NCBI GenBank assembly: GCA_029862185.1
Contig: JAOTXX010000001.1
Location: 21,486 to 85,485 of the forward strand
From: Myxococcales bacterium
GTDB lineage: Bacteria > Myxococcota_A > Polyangia > Polyangiales > Houyiibacteriaceae
DNA: 64,000 bases
Direction: 5' to 3'
Below are positions 14,107-22,603 of the stretch, piece after piece (the stretch's first letter is position 1; the number at the start of each line of letters is the position of its first letter). Under the pieces are notes generated by a model. It did no database searches. It worked only from the letters and a program-made list of their open reading frames with translations, and was not told the origin of the DNA. The translations under genes were made by a program, and so were the position numbers.

Positions 14107-15261
14107 GTGCAACCGGATTCCTTGAAACCATCGAGACCGCGCGTCCAGCACGCCGACTCTTCCTTGCGGGCAACGCGCGCCGAGATCTTGCTCGACGCGA
14201 TAGGCCACAACCTTCGCGTGGTGCAGGGTGCGGCGGCCGGGCGAAAAATCCTAGCGGTCGTGAAGGCGGACGCCTATGGACACGGCGTGGTGCCGGTTGC
14301 CCGGCGACTTCAGGACGAAGGCGTGGATGGTTTCGGTGTCGCCCTAGCTGAAGAGGGTATCGAGCTTCGAGAAGCCGGCATCGACCGCGCCATTCTGGTC
14401 CTCAACGGCATCAACGGCGGCGCCCACCGCGAGATCATTGCGGCCGGGCTCACCCCCGTGCTCTACGAAATCTCCGAAGCCAGTGCATTCGAGTCGGTGT
14501 CCGGGAGCCGCCCAATCGACGTGCACCTCAAAGTCGATACGGGCATGGGCCGGCTCGGCGTGCCCCTCGGGGAGCTCAGTGCCTTCCTGCGTCAGCTTCG
14601 TCGCTTTCCTTCGATTCGCATTGCGGGCTTGATGACGCATCTGTCGACTGCCGACGTCGACCCGCAGTACGTCGCGGAGCAGCTCGCCGGATTCGCGCAA
14701 GCGCGAGGTCTCGTTCGCCGCTTTGGTCACGAGCCGTCGGTCCTGCACGTCGCAAACAGCGCCGCCTTGTTCCGGCACCCCGAGTCACATTTCGACTGGG
14801 TGCGCCCCGGCCTCGCACTCTACGGCTATCCGGGCGCGGACGAGATCGATGCGCCACTTCGCCCCGCGCTTCGCTGGCGAACGGAGGTGCTTCGCGTTCG
14901 GACGCTGCAAGTGGGAGAGTCGGTCGGGTACGGACGCTCATTTCGTGCACCCAGGGAAACTCGCCTGGCGACAATCCCCGTCGGCTACGGCGACGGCTTG
15001 CTGCGATCCGCTTCGAATCGGGGGCAGGTGTTGATCGGTGGTGTTCGCTGTCCCATCGTAGGCAGCATCGCAATGGACCTCACCACGGTCGATGTTTCGG
15101 GCGTTTCGGGTGTCGCCATCGGCGACGAGGTTCTGCTGCTCGGTGAGCAAGGCGGGTCCGTGCTCGACGCATGTGACCTCGCCGTCGCGGCGGAGACAAT
15201 TCCTTACGAAGTGCTGACCAACGTCTCGCGGCGTGTTCCGCGCGTCTACTTGAATGGCTGA
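14107..15261 (+). CDS. alr: Alanine racemase
   Basis: The PLP-lysine motif AVVKADAYGHG is present, with a C-terminal beta domain (VGYG...IPVGYGDG...G.I.MD). Confidence 0.9.
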   Translation: MQPDSLKPSRPRVQHADSSLRATRAEILLDAIGHNLRVVQGAAAGRKILAVVKADAYGHGVVPVARRLQDEGVDGFGVALAEEGIELREAGIDRAILVLNGINGGAHREIIAAGLTPVLYEISEASAFESVSGSRPIDVHLKVDTGMGRLGVPLGELSAFLRQLRRFPSIRIAGLMTHLSTADVDPQYVAEQLAGFAQARGLVRRFGHEPSVLHVANSAALFRHPESHFDWVRPGLALYGYPGADEIDAPLRPALRWRTEVLRVRTLQVGESVGYGRSFRAPRETRLATIPVGYGDGLLRSASNRGQVLIGGVRCPIVGSIAMDLTTVDVSGVSGVAIGDEVLLLGEQGGSVLDACDLAVAAETIPYEVLTNVSRRVPRVYLNG

Positions 15262-15293
15262 CGTTTCGCTGAGGAACCATGGTATGAAGTCTC

Positions 15294-16142
15294 GTGCCTG
15301 ACGCCGCGCCCAGCGCACCCGCGACCCCGGACAAGACCTCGAAGCTCCGCACGACAGCTCGTGATGCCGGCGACTGGCTCCTGCAGCTGCTCTTGTCCCC
15401 GTTCGTCGAGATCGGGGCGCTCTTCAAGCTGCTGTGGGAGTCGGTGTTTTGGGGAATCCGCCCACCGTACCGCGGCCGGCTTTTCATCGGGGCGATGGAG
15501 TTCATCGGCATCGGCTCGATCTTCCTCGTTTCGCTGACCGCGGTTTTCGTGGGCGGCGTGCTCGCCTTGCTGCTCGTCGATGGTTTTCGCGACTTCGGCG
15601 CCGAGAACCAGACCGGCGCCGTGATTGGCTTGGCGTTGGCCCGCGAGGTGGGGCCGGTGTTCGCGGCGCTGATGGTCACCAGCCGGGCCGGGAGCGCGAT
15701 GACGACCGAGCTCGGATCCATGCGCGTGACCAACCAGATCGACGCCCTGGTCACTATGGCGGTCAACCCGGTGCAGTACTTGGTCGTACCGAGGCTGGTC
15801 GCCGGATTCGTGATGGTTCCCGTCCTGACGATGCTCTTTAACATCGTCGGCGTGATGGGAGCCTACTTCGTGGCGGTGGGGCTTCTCGGGCTCGACCCCG
15901 GAGTCTTCATGGACCGACTCAAGTGGCTGGTCGACTGGGATGACGTCGCCCAGGGGCTCATCAAGGCGATGGTCTTCGGCGTAGCGGTAACTCTGATCGC
16001 GTGCCGTCAGGGCTTTTTTGCGGAGGGCGGAGCGGCCGGAGTGGGGCGTGCCACCAACCGCGCCGTCGTGCAGAGCGCCATCGCCATCCTCATGCTCGAC
16101 TATCTCGTTACGAGCCTCGTCCTGGGACAAGGGTTCTTCTGA
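15294..16142 (+). CDS. mlaE: MlaE-family ABC transporter permease
   Basis: The sequence ...ALAREVGPVFAALMVTSRAGSAMTTELGSMRVTNQIDAL... is the conserved MlaE/Ttg2B core. Confidence 0.85.
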   Translation: MPDAAPSAPATPDKTSKLRTTARDAGDWLLQLLLSPFVEIGALFKLLWESVFWGIRPPYRGRLFIGAMEFIGIGSIFLVSLTAVFVGGVLALLLVDGFRDFGAENQTGAVIGLALAREVGPVFAALMVTSRAGSAMTTELGSMRVTNQIDALVTMAVNPVQYLVVPRLVAGFVMVPVLTMLFNIVGVMGAYFVAVGLLGLDPGVFMDRLKWLVDWDDVAQGLIKAMVFGVAVTLIACRQGFFAEGGAAGVGRATNRAVVQSAIAILMLDYLVTSLVLGQGFF

Positions 16143-16954
16143 TGAAGTTCTTTCGACGAAACCTAATTCGCTTGACGCGGGCTCCGCTGCCTCCGGAGAT
16201 GAAGGACGATCCGATCCACGTGCGGATACGTGATCTGCACAAGAGCTACGGCGAGCATCACGTGCTCAAAGGCGTGTCGCTCGACATTCATCGAGGGCAA
16301 ACGAATCTGATCATCGGTCCCTCGGGGTCCGGAAAGACGGTCCTGATGCGGCAGTTGATCCGGCTCGAAAACCCCGACTCCGGGCAACTCATCGTCAACG
16401 GCATCGATTTTGCCCGGCTCGAAGGCCTCGATCTGGCGGCGATGCGACGTACCTTCGGCATGGTCTTCCAAATGTCTGCGCTCTTCGACTCGATGACGGT
16501 GTTCGACAACGTCGCGTTTCCACTCCGGGAGCACAGCGATCTTTCCCGGAACGACATTCGCGACCGCGTGATGGATCGCTTGGCTGCGCTCGGGGTGGCG
16601 GCGGCGGCCCAAAAGCTCCCCGCCCAACTCTCCGGGGGCATGCAGAAGCGCGTGGCCGTCGCGCGTGCGATGATCCTCGAAAGCGAGATTCTGATCTACG
16701 ACGAGCCCACCACCGGCCTAGACCCGATCACGACCGAAATGGTCGATGAGCTGATCACCGAGGCGGAGGAGATGTTCGGCGTGACCTCGATCGTGATCAG
16801 CCACGACATGGCCTCGGTCGTGCGCATCGCCAATCAGCTGAGCTTCTTGCACGAGGGGCGGATCGCGGCGACCGGGACACCCGAGGAGCTTCTGCACACC
16901 GATCATCCAGCCACGGCGGAGTTCATCCGGGCATCGAGGATCAGCCTCGGCTGA
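16142..16954 (+). CDS. mlaF: MlaF-like ABC transporter ATP-binding protein
   Basis: It has Walker A (GPSGSGKT), the signature LSGGMQKRVAVARA and Walker B (ILIYDEPTTGLD). The ATG overlaps the mlaE stop. The track start at 16001 lies inside mlaE. Confidence 0.85.
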   Translation: MKFFRRNLIRLTRAPLPPEMKDDPIHVRIRDLHKSYGEHHVLKGVSLDIHRGQTNLIIGPSGSGKTVLMRQLIRLENPDSGQLIVNGIDFARLEGLDLAAMRRTFGMVFQMSALFDSMTVFDNVAFPLREHSDLSRNDIRDRVMDRLAALGVAAAAQKLPAQLSGGMQKRVAVARAMILESEILIYDEPTTGLDPITTEMVDELITEAEEMFGVTSIVISHDMASVVRIANQLSFLHEGRIAATGTPEELLHTDHPATAEFIRASRISLG

Positions 16955-17025
16955 GGAGACGACGAACGATCGGGTTCCTGCCCTTGCGGGGTTGCGGAAT
17001 CGGCCGCTGGACCCAAAGTGCCGCG

Positions 17026-17238
17026 GTGCCAGACGCCCTTTCGCAGGAGATCCTTCGAGCTCACGAGGAAGCCGCCGATCGCGGTGACGAAGGCTACCTC
17101 GATCCCGAGACCGGTCTCTACGTGATGACGGCGACCGCACTTCGAGCTCGCGCATCTTGCTGCGGCTCGGGCTGTCGTCATTGCCCGTACTCCCCGGAAG
17201 AGCAGCGAACCGCTGGGCGTCCGACGATCCGTCGGTAA
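17026..17238 (+). CDS. DUF5522-like small Cys-rich protein
   Basis: GYLDPETGLYVMTATALRARASCCGSGCRHCPY fits the pattern recalled for DUF5522. The start is uncertain (GTG at 17026 or TTG at 16984). Confidence 0.55.
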   Translation: MPDALSQEILRAHEEAADRGDEGYLDPETGLYVMTATALRARASCCGSGCRHCPYSPEEQRTAGRPTIRR

Positions 17239-17262
17239 GCGTGGCTCGGCCTGCCTCGGCCC

Positions 17263-18129
17263 TCAGGCGTAGTTCCGCACGACGACTTCGCTCACTTTGC
17301 CGCGCTTGGTCGCATCGCAGTTGATCGCGCGGGGTGCGGCGACGGTGTCGACTTTGAACTCGCCATAGAGGTTGCGAATGAAGGGGACGTCGCTGTTGGA
17401 GAGCATCAGCTTGCAGCCTCGACGGTCGAGCGCTTTGTAAACGTCGCGCAGCCGCGTTTGATCTTCCTGGGAAAACCCACCGCGTGCGTAGGACGTGAAG
17501 CTCGCGGTCACCGACACCGGCTCGTAGGGCGGGTCGAAGTAGATGAAGTCGCCGGGCTTCGCGTTCTCGAGGAGCGTGTCGAAGGACGCGCATCGCAGAT
17601 CTGCACCCTCGAGCGCATCGCTTGCCGCCTGCAAAGCATCTTCGTTCAAGATCCGCGGGTTCTTGTACGAGCCTACTGGTACGTTGAACTCGCCTTTGCG
17701 ATTGACCCGATGCAAGCCGTTGAAGCAGGTCTTATTGAGATAGATGAACATGGCCGCGCGCTTGGACGTCGAGACACGACGGTCTTGGTTGTAGCGCTCG
17801 CGCACTTCGTAATACCGTTGTTTCGAGTGTTGACCCGCAAGCCTGCGCAGCCCGCCGATCACGCCTTCGACGTCGTCGCGAATTGCCGCGTACGTCGAAA
17901 CCAACGTGGGGTTGATGTCGGTCAGTAGAGCGCGTCTTGGACGGCGTGCAAAGAACAGCGCGCCGCCGCCGACGAATGGCTCGACATGACGCATCTGCTC
18001 GACCCCTGGGGGGAGCAGCGGTCGCAGCTGGCTGAGCAATCGGCCCTTGCCCCCGACCCACTTCACGAAGGGAGCTGCCTCCCGTGGCTCGTGCTCTATC
18101 CGCGCCGCGACCGCCGCCAATGTCGTCAT
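17263..18129 (-). CDS. Dam-family DNA adenine-N6 methyltransferase
   Basis: FVKWVGGKGRLLSQL...EPFVGGGALFF...YFDPPYEP is the alpha-class Dam/MethyltransfD12 arrangement. The ATG at 18129 has AGGTGA upstream. Confidence 0.85.
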   Translation of the reverse strand: MTTLAAVAARIEHEPREAAPFVKWVGGKGRLLSQLRPLLPPGVEQMRHVEPFVGGGALFFARRPRRALLTDINPTLVSTYAAIRDDVEGVIGGLRRLAGQHSKQRYYEVRERYNQDRRVSTSKRAAMFIYLNKTCFNGLHRVNRKGEFNVPVGSYKNPRILNEDALQAASDALEGADLRCASFDTLLENAKPGDFIYFDPPYEPVSVTASFTSYARGGFSQEDQTRLRDVYKALDRRGCKLMLSNSDVPFIRNLYGEFKVDTVAAPRAINCDATKRGKVSEVVVRNYA

Positions 18130-18222
18130 GTGTAGTATAATCACCTACACAGAGCGAAGAACGGAAAAAAGCCGCGGTTCCCGAGCAAATATCGTTCTGA
18201 TTTCCGTCCGTTAGGGCCGAAG

Positions 18223-19500
18223 CTACTTCGCCTCGGCCACCATCGTGCGGAGCCGCTCGAGCGCTTCCTCGAGCACCGACATCGGTGGCCCGAACGAGAA
18301 ACGCAGGTGCTGAACGAAACGCGAGGGCCGTCCAGTCCGGCGCTTGCCCGGATTCACGTCGAAGAAGTGGCCGGGCACCGTGATCACCTGTCGTTCGAGT
18401 GCCGCTTTGAAGAAATCGTCGCTGTTCCGAATCGAACGGGGCAGGCCGCTCAGGTCTCCCCAGGCGTAAAAGGTCCCCTGCGGCTCCAGGTCGAACTTGA
18501 CTCCGATGTCCTTGAGGCCCTGCACGAGGAAGTCGCGTTTCTTCTTGAACTCGTTGTGGACGGCCTTCGCCTCGGCGAGCGTGGGTTCCTGCTGGACCAG
18601 GTCGATCGCCGCGCGCTGCATGGGCGCAACGCCCCCGCCATCGAGGAACGAGCCTGCGCTTGCGGCGGATTCGATGACGCGCTTGGGGCCGACGATCCAA
18701 CTCACTCGAAAGCCGGGATACCGCCAGTTCTTGGTGAGCCCGTCGAACAGGACGATCGGATCCTGGTCGACGTCTTCGACATACTGTGCCGCGCTGACGA
18801 TCGATTGCTCTCCCGTCCACACGTAGTGCGAATAGAACTCGTCGAGCAGAAGTGCGCAGTTCAAGTCTCTGGCGGCCTCGACCCAGCTTGCCAGCGCATC
18901 GCCTTCGACGACTTTGCCGGTCGGGTTGCACGGGTTGCTCGCCAGGATCGCGCTGAGCCCGCGGCCCAGGATTTCCTTTTCGAGGTCTTCCCGGGTGAAC
19001 TCATATGCGTGTTTCGGGTCGAGCAAGATGGGGATCGGCAGAAATCGCCGAAACACGTCGAGCAGCTCTTCGTAGGCCGTGTAGTCCGGAAGGAAATGCC
19101 CTAGATGAATGGGCGCGATGGCTGCACATGCGCGCATGACCGCCACGCGACCGCCGCCCGCAATGCACACATTCTCAGCGGAGTATTGGGACTTCATCCC
19201 GCGGCGAAATAGCTTGTTGTATAGGCTCGCCACCGCTTCGCGAAGCTCCCAGACCCCCGGGACCGGTGCGTAGTCGAGGTCACCCGGGCGCACCTTGATC
19301 TGGGTCATCCGCTCCGGGGCGCCCGGAAGCGCGGTGGTATCCGGCTGGCCTTGACCCAGGTTGCACCAGCCGGGTGCGTCGAGGCTGAATCCACGCTTCT
19401 GTGCCTCCACGGTGACGTAAATCACGCCCGTGCGCGGGACGGGTCGAAACGCGGCGACCTCCGCAATTTCGTTCACAGCGTTGGACTTGGGCTGGCTCAT
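18223..19500 (-). CDS. PLP-dependent aminotransferase, class I/II
   Basis: 425 aa from MSQPKSNAV. It has LASNPCNPTG, DEFYSHY and a putative PLP lysine in GLTKNWRYPGFRVSW. The 775-aa track ORF extends upstream, antisense to the next gene, and was trimmed. Confidence 0.85.
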   Translation of the reverse strand: MSQPKSNAVNEIAEVAAFRPVPRTGVIYVTVEAQKRGFSLDAPGWCNLGQGQPDTTALPGAPERMTQIKVRPGDLDYAPVPGVWELREAVASLYNKLFRRGMKSQYSAENVCIAGGGRVAVMRACAAIAPIHLGHFLPDYTAYEELLDVFRRFLPIPILLDPKHAYEFTREDLEKEILGRGLSAILASNPCNPTGKVVEGDALASWVEAARDLNCALLLDEFYSHYVWTGEQSIVSAAQYVEDVDQDPIVLFDGLTKNWRYPGFRVSWIVGPKRVIESAASAGSFLDGGGVAPMQRAAIDLVQQEPTLAEAKAVHNEFKKKRDFLVQGLKDIGVKFDLEPQGTFYAWGDLSGLPRSIRNSDDFFKAALERQVITVPGHFFDVNPGKRRTGRPSRFVQHLRFSFGPPMSVLEEALERLRTMVAEAK

Positions 19501-19548
19501 GCGCTGCGGGACTCTAGCAGAAGTCTCGAAATGCGATAGCCTTGCCGC

Positions 19549-20295
19549 ATGGATGTCTTGCGCATCGAAGAGCTGATGGTCGACTGCGTGGTCGGGGTGT
19601 ATCCGCACGAGCGCAACGCCTCGCAGCCGCTTCGCGTGGACGTCGAGATGCGCCTGCAGACCGAGACCTCCGCCATCAAGGAAAGCCTGCGCTCCACGAT
19701 CGACTACGCGGCCACCGCATCGCAGCTGGTGTTCCTGCTTCGAAGCTGCCGATTCCGCCTTCTCGAAACCGCTGCGCATGTGCTCGCCAGGTACGTTCTC
19801 GCGCCCCCCGCGCCCGACGAGAGACGCGCTCAGGTCGACTCCGCCGTCATTCGGCTGAGCAAGCCCGGGGCGCTTCGAAGCTTTGCAATTCCCTCGCTGG
19901 AGATCGAGCGCAGCGCGTCTTGGTGCAAGCTCGAGGTCGAGCAAAAGCCCTTTGGCACCGTCGACGTGATCTACGAAACGAGGGGCGCCGGCATCTATCG
20001 TCTGAACGTCGCTCCCGGCCGCGGCATTCCGCTGCACGTCCATCAGCAAATGCGTGAGTCCGAGATGGTGCTTGGCGAAGGGCTGCTCTGCCAAGGGGAG
20101 CCCTGCGCGCCTGGGACGGTGCACCGCTGGCCGAGAGGCGCGGCGCACAGCTACGCGAACCCCACCGATCGCTATCAGACCATCCTCTGCGTCGATTCGC
20201 CTCGCTTCATGCCGGAGGACGAAATCGAAGTAGCTGGAGAGCCGGCCGACGTTCCGGCCGAGCCCCCCTGGGGTCCAATCGCAGGACTCGGTTGA
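19549..20295 (+). CDS. Dihydroneopterin aldolase (FolB)-like domain fused to a cupin domain
   Basis: The N-terminal ~120 aa are FolB-like (VVGVYPHER...IDYA...VIRLSKPGAL). The C-terminal half carries both cupin motifs: GRGIPLHVHQQMRESEMVLG and PRGAAHSYAN. Confidence 0.7.
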   Translation: MDVLRIEELMVDCVVGVYPHERNASQPLRVDVEMRLQTETSAIKESLRSTIDYAATASQLVFLLRSCRFRLLETAAHVLARYVLAPPAPDERRAQVDSAVIRLSKPGALRSFAIPSLEIERSASWCKLEVEQKPFGTVDVIYETRGAGIYRLNVAPGRGIPLHVHQQMRESEMVLGEGLLCQGEPCAPGTVHRWPRGAAHSYANPTDRYQTILCVDSPRFMPEDEIEVAGEPADVPAEPPWGPIAGLG

Positions 20296-20296
20296 A

Positions 20297-21070
20297 ATGA
20301 TGGTTTCGCAGGGCACGGTGGTCGTCACCGGTGCGACTCGCGGGATCGGGCGCGCGACCGTCGACGCGATTTTGGAGCGTGGAGGCAAAGTCGTGGCCAT
20401 CGCCCGCGACGAGCGGCTCCTTCGCGCGCTCCAAGAGTCGACGCCCAATCGCGTCCGCGCCCTCGCGGCCGACCTCGAACACCTCGATCGCATCTCCGAG
20501 CTGGCGAGCCGTGCGAACGATGCCTTTGGCAGCGTCGACGGCCTGGTCAACTGCGCGGGGATCGCTCGCTACGAGCCGGTGGGCGCGATCGGCCTCGACT
20601 CCGTCGAAGCGCAGCTTCGGGTCAATCTCGTTGCGCCGCTTCTCCTCTCTCAAGCGCTTGCGGTGCATATTCGTGTTCCCGGCGGCTCCATCGTCAACGT
20701 TTCGAGCACTCTGTCCGAGCGCGCAGCTCCGCACACGGTCGTGTATGCCGCGACAAAAGCTGCCCTCAACGCAGTGACCAAGGGACTGGCGCTCGAGCTC
20801 GCCCCAGCCGGCGTGCGGGTCAACGCCGTGCTCCCCGGAGGCGTGGAGACCGACATGCTTCGGGCGCCCCGTCTCCGGCCCGGTGAAACCCTCGAACCAG
20901 GCGAGATCGAGGCTCGCGTGGCGTCCCAACTGGCCGGCCTTGCTGCCCTCCACCCTCTCGGCCGGCTGGGGACGCCGCAGGAAGTGGCTGCTGTCATCAT
21001 CAGCGTCCTCGATCAAACCTGGCAGACGGGAAGCCTCGTCACCATCGATGGCGGCCTCTCGCTCGCCTAG
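20297..21070 (+). CDS. Short-chain dehydrogenase/reductase (SDR)
   Basis: TGATRGIGRA is the NAD(P) site. NCAG, a Ser (SST) and YAATKAA (YxxxK) are also present. It starts 1 nt after the FolB-cupin stop. Confidence 0.85.
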   Translation: MMVSQGTVVVTGATRGIGRATVDAILERGGKVVAIARDERLLRALQESTPNRVRALAADLEHLDRISELASRANDAFGSVDGLVNCAGIARYEPVGAIGLDSVEAQLRVNLVAPLLLSQALAVHIRVPGGSIVNVSSTLSERAAPHTVVYAATKAALNAVTKGLALELAPAGVRVNAVLPGGVETDMLRAPRLRPGETLEPGEIEARVASQLAGLAALHPLGRLGTPQEVAAVIISVLDQTWQTGSLVTIDGGLSLA

Positions 21071-21079
21071 GCTTGAAGC

Positions 21080-21110
21080 GTTCGGCGTTTTCTCACACAC
21101 TCCGCCGAAC
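21080..21110 (+). promoter_or_regulatory. 8-bp-stem hairpin abutting the pyrR start codon
   Basis: gttcggcg (21080-21087) and cgccgaac (21103-21110) are perfect complements with a 15-nt loop. The 3' arm ends 1 nt before the GTG at 21111. Confidence 0.3.
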
Positions 21111-21650
21111 GTGGCTCGAACCCAGAAGGTCGTACTCGATGCGGGCGCTATCCAACGAAGCATTCGACGCATCGCTGTTGCGATTCTGGAAGCGACCTCG
21201 GGAATCGAAGATCTCATCCTGATCGGCATCCGCCGCGGCGGTGTTGGGCTTGCAAAGCGTATCGCCGAGGAGATCGCAAAGGTCGAAGGGCGACCACCGC
21301 CGGTCGGGGCCGTCGATATCTCCCTCTACCGAGATGACGCGGCGACTGCGCTCCCCAATCCCAAGATTGGGCCGAGCGACATCCCATTCGACGTGAGCGG
21401 CCGTCATGTGGTGTTGGTCGACGACGTCCTGCACACCGGGCGTACGGTCCGGGCCGCCATCGAATGTCTTCAAGATCACGGGCGCCCAGCGCGGGTCTGG
21501 TTCGCGGCCCTCTGCGACCGCGGCGGCCGCGAGCTTCCCATCGCTGCGGATTTCGTCGGCCGCGTCCTTGAGATGGAATCGGGCGGACGCCTCGACGTCT
21601 GGGTCGACGCGGCCGGACCCGATCGCGTCGTGCTCACCGAGGGCGAGTGA
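21111..21650 (+). CDS. pyrR: Bifunctional pyrimidine operon regulator / uracil phosphoribosyltransferase PyrR
   Basis: LIGIRRGGV...ISLYRDD...[17 protein letters not shown] contains the PRPP-binding motif. Start is GTG at 21111; the track start at 20883 lies inside the SDR gene. Confidence 0.85.
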   Translation: MARTQKVVLDAGAIQRSIRRIAVAILEATSGIEDLILIGIRRGGVGLAKRIAEEIAKVEGRPPPVGAVDISLYRDDAATALPNPKIGPSDIPFDVSGRHVVLVDDVLHTGRTVRAAIECLQDHGRPARVWFAALCDRGGRELPIAADFVGRVLEMESGGRLDVWVDAAGPDRVVLTEGE

Positions 21651-22603
21651 TGGAGCCGTTCGCGCACCACAGCCTTCTCGATGTCGAAGGGCTCACGAGG
21701 GCGGACGTCGAGCGCATCCTCGACACCGCGGAGGCGTTCCTGCAGGTCTCCCGCCGGCCTGTCCGCAAGGTTCCAACGCTCCGCGGCAAGACCGTGATCA
21801 ACCTCTTCTACGAAGCGTCGACGAGGACCCGGACTTCTTTCGAGCTCGCGGGCAAGCGTTTGAGCGCGGATGTCATCAACATGAGCGTCTCCGCATCGAG
21901 CGTGAATAAGGGCGAGACCCTACAAGACACTTGCCGAACGCTTCAGGCGATGCATCCCGACGTGATCGTCATTCGACACGCCTCGTCGGGCGCTCCGAGC
22001 TATGTGGCCTCCAAAATCGGCTGCAGCGTCATCAACGCAGGCGACGGAATGCACGCGCATCCTACGCAGGCCCTGCTCGACGCATTTACGATCCGGCGCG
22101 CAAAGGGCACGCTCGAGAATCTCGTCGTGACGATCGTCGGAGACATCTCGCATTCGCGCGTTGCCCGATCGAACGCACATCTCCTGAAGCTATTCGGCTG
22201 CGATGTCCGGGTAGTCGGCCCTCGCACGCTGTTGCCGGCGGCCGTCGATTCCCTTGGCGTACGTGTCTTCGATCGGCTGAAGGACGGCCTCGAGGGCGCC
22301 GATGTCGTCATGGTGCTCCGCATCCAGCGTGAACGTCTCGAAGGGGCGCTCCTGCCGAGCCTTCGTGAATACGCACGCACGTTCGGCATCGGCCCGCAAA
22401 CCATTGGGCCAGCGAAGCCGGATGCAATCATCATGCATCCGGGCCCGATGAACCGCGGCGTCGAAATCGAAAGCCTCCTCGCCGACGGCGCGCGCAGCGT
22501 CGTTCTGCAGCAGGTGGAAGCCGGAGTGGCCGTGCGGATGGCTTTGCTGTATCTCCTCGCGGGTGAAGCAACCGAGCCGCCGGCGGTAGGCGAGGTTCAT
22601 TGA
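21647..22603 (+). CDS. pyrB: Aspartate carbamoyltransferase catalytic subunit
   Basis: Motifs are [17 protein letters not shown] and [11 protein letters not shown]. It overlaps the pyrR stop. Confidence 0.95.
   Translation: MMEPFAHHSLLDVEGLTRADVERILDTAEAFLQVSRRPVRKVPTLRGKTVINLFYEASTRTRTSFELAGKRLSADVINMSVSASSVNKGETLQDTCRTLQAMHPDVIVIRHASSGAPSYVASKIGCSVINAGDGMHAHPTQALLDAFTIRRAKGTLENLVVTIVGDISHSRVARSNAHLLKLFGCDVRVVGPRTLLPAAVDSLGVRVFDRLKDGLEGADVVMVLRIQRERLEGALLPSLREYARTFGIGPQTIGPAKPDAIIMHPGPMNRGVEIESLLADGARSVVLQQVEAGVAVRMALLYLLAGEATEPPAVGEVH

Noticed and set aside
12337-18129. The two DNA methyltransferases as parts of restriction-modification or other defence systems.
   Set aside because: No endonuclease, specificity, helicase or ATPase genes are adjacent. 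Both are flanked by housekeeping genes (thiS and a glutaminyl cyclase; mlaF/DUF5522 and an aminotransferase).
18145-18222. Intrinsic terminator after the aminotransferase gene (GGAAA...TTTTCC around a SacII-site hairpin).
   Set aside because: The stem is short or imperfect with a long loop. It is not convincing enough to call without folding-energy calculation.
18223-20550. 775-aa ORF that would add a 350-aa N-terminal extension to the aminotransferase.
   Set aside because: The extension is antisense to the FolB-cupin gene and looks like non-coding-frame sequence. The aminotransferase homology begins at MSQPKSNAV (start at 19500).
21071-21110. PyrR-binding anti-antiterminator RNA upstream of pyrR.
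   Set aside because: The PyrR binding-loop consensus (…UCCAGAGAGG…) is not present, and the leader is only 40 nt. Only the generic hairpin is reported.
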